This document shows positions 16,534 to 17,093 of a DNA stretch of 17,093 nt, piece by piece. The position numbers and the translations under genes were made by a program. Each line of letters starts with the position of its first letter. The stretch's first letter is position 1. The notes beneath the pieces were generated by a model. That model worked only from the letters and a program-made list of their open reading frames with translations, ran no database searches and was not told where the DNA came from. The stretch spans positions 1 to 17,093 of the forward strand of contig CAVRAI010000016.1 of assembly GCA_963718915.1 (NCBI GenBank). Reading direction: 5' to 3'. The DNA is from an uncultured Chloroflexia bacterium. Lineage in GTDB: Bacteria > Chloroflexota > Ktedonobacteria > Ktedonobacterales > JADMIN01.

Positions 16534-16589
16534 CATCAAAGGCAGATCAACGGCGCCAAAGGCGATCACTCTCTGAGGATGATCGTCTT
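16534..16589. repeat. Left arm of a nested ~55-bp imperfect inverted repeat
   Basis: CATCAAAGGCAGATCAACGGCGCCAAAGGCGATCACTCTCTGAGGATGATCGTCTT is the reverse complement (with indels) of 16888-16962. Confidence 0.7.
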
Positions 16590-16842
16590 TGAGCGTATTG
16601 ATCGCCTTTGATGGGCTGTCCTCTCCCCCGCGCTTGACCACCTCCCGCCCTGCCGCGCTCGGTGTGGTTCAATCCAGCAGCCACCATGCCCGGCCTGTGG
16701 ACGAGCGCCGCCACTGCCAGCGCGCCAGCGGATACAGCGGCTACATTCGACATCGCCCTGCTCGATAGCGAGGAGGACGACGAGGGTGACGAGGAGGAAG
16801 AGGCCGGAGGCGACTAAATCCCACGCCACTAGCGCATATTCT

Positions 16843-16880
16843 GGTTCCCCCTCCCCAAAAAGGGAGGGGAGAGAGCCACC
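16843..16880 (-). repeat. C-tract/G-tract hairpin element, copy D (inverted orientation, stem-loop 16848-16869)
   Basis: TCTGGTTCCCCCTCCCCAAAAAGGGAGGGG. Its reverse complement ends GGGGAGGGGGAACCAGA, matching the tail of copies A and B. Confidence 0.6.
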
Positions 16881-16887
16881 ACGCACG

Positions 16888-16962
16888 AAGACGATCATCC
16901 TCATCAAAGGCAATCATCCTCAGAGAGTGACTGCCTTCGGTAAACGTTGATCGCCTTTGGTG
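16888..16962. repeat. Right arm of the nested inverted repeat (carries a 19-bp internal duplication)
   Basis: AAGACGATCATCCTCA[tcaaaggcaatcatcctca]GAGAGTGACTGCCTTCGGTAAACGTTGATCGCCTTTGGTG. ATCATCCTCA occurs twice (16894 and 16913). Confidence 0.7.
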
Positions 16963-16973
16963 AAGATAAAGCA

Positions 16974-17042
16974 ATCATGGCCAACATCATCAGTTATGGC
17001 CAACCTGGGATATTGGCCACTACTGCGTGTGTTGGCCAAAAC
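16974..17042 (-). repeat. Site cluster 3: the four-site cluster in inverted orientation relative to cluster 1
   Basis: ATCATGGCCAA (16974-16984), GTTATGGCCAA (16993-17003), spacer CCTGGGATA (reverse complement TATCCCAGG), TTGGCCACTAC (17013-17023), TTGGCCAAAAC (17032-17042). The reverse complement aligns with 15872-15944 over about 75 bp with few mismatches. Confidence 0.75.
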
Positions 17043-17093
17043 TGTGACAAAACCACCGTCAAAAGCCGACAATTGCCCTACTCGACCGTGACG

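Noticed and set aside
16686-16817. 43-codon ORF with an acidic tail (..FDIALLDSEEDDEGDEEEEAGGD*)
   Set aside because: It has no RBS, it is too short to evaluate, and it lies inside a repeat-bounded non-coding-looking core. I kept it only as a note within the foldback finding.
15829-17047. Possibility that the repeated units are a CRISPR array
   Set aside because: There are only three copies at irregular spacing (567 bp and ~530 bp), one of them inverted, and the repeats are themselves multi-site palindromes. No cas genes are present.
16977-17093. ORF open to the window end (MANIISYGQPGILATTACVGQNCDK...)
   Set aside because: Its ATG and first 22 codons are simply site cluster 3 (the ATGGCCAA sites). 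The equivalent reading of cluster 1 on the other strand stops after 9 codons. It cannot be judged without downstream sequence.

Overview
GC-rich bacterial chromosomal window; the gene content and hairpin repeats are reminiscent of Chloroflexota, but I cannot verify this. Most of it is recognisable housekeeping. It holds a UMPS-type orotate phosphoribosyltransferase, an nfeD-SPFH (stomatin-like) operon, dihydrolipoyl dehydrogenase, a GNAT acetyltransferase, an M16 zinc peptidase, tatA, two tandem HtrA-like PDZ serine proteases followed by a LuxR-type regulator with an atypical receiver, and an ABC exporter broken by a 1-nt frameshift. Two parts stand out. (1) A 660-aa membrane protein (3755-5737, minus strand) is an internal tandem duplication of a TIR / two-TM hairpin / small beta-rich domain module. 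Only the second TIR keeps the canonical catalytic Glu. This is the best candidate for an undescribed single-gene NAD-linked signalling or defence effector. (2) The last 1.3 kb (15829-17047) is almost non-coding. It contains three clusters of an 11-bp palindromic site (GTTGTGGCCAA / TTGGCCACAAC), two direct and one inverted. These bracket an orphan YgiT/MqsA-type zinc-finger ORF and a nested foldback element, which looks like recombinase or operator site arrays or a MITE-like element. Two other intergenic repeat families are present: a C-tract/G-tract hairpin element directly after stop codons, and a modular hairpin plus 63-bp unit family at 7.5 kb and 13.5 kb. I saw no rRNA, tRNA, CRISPR array, transposase or integrase. 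All protein family calls come from motif reading by eye, not from searches.
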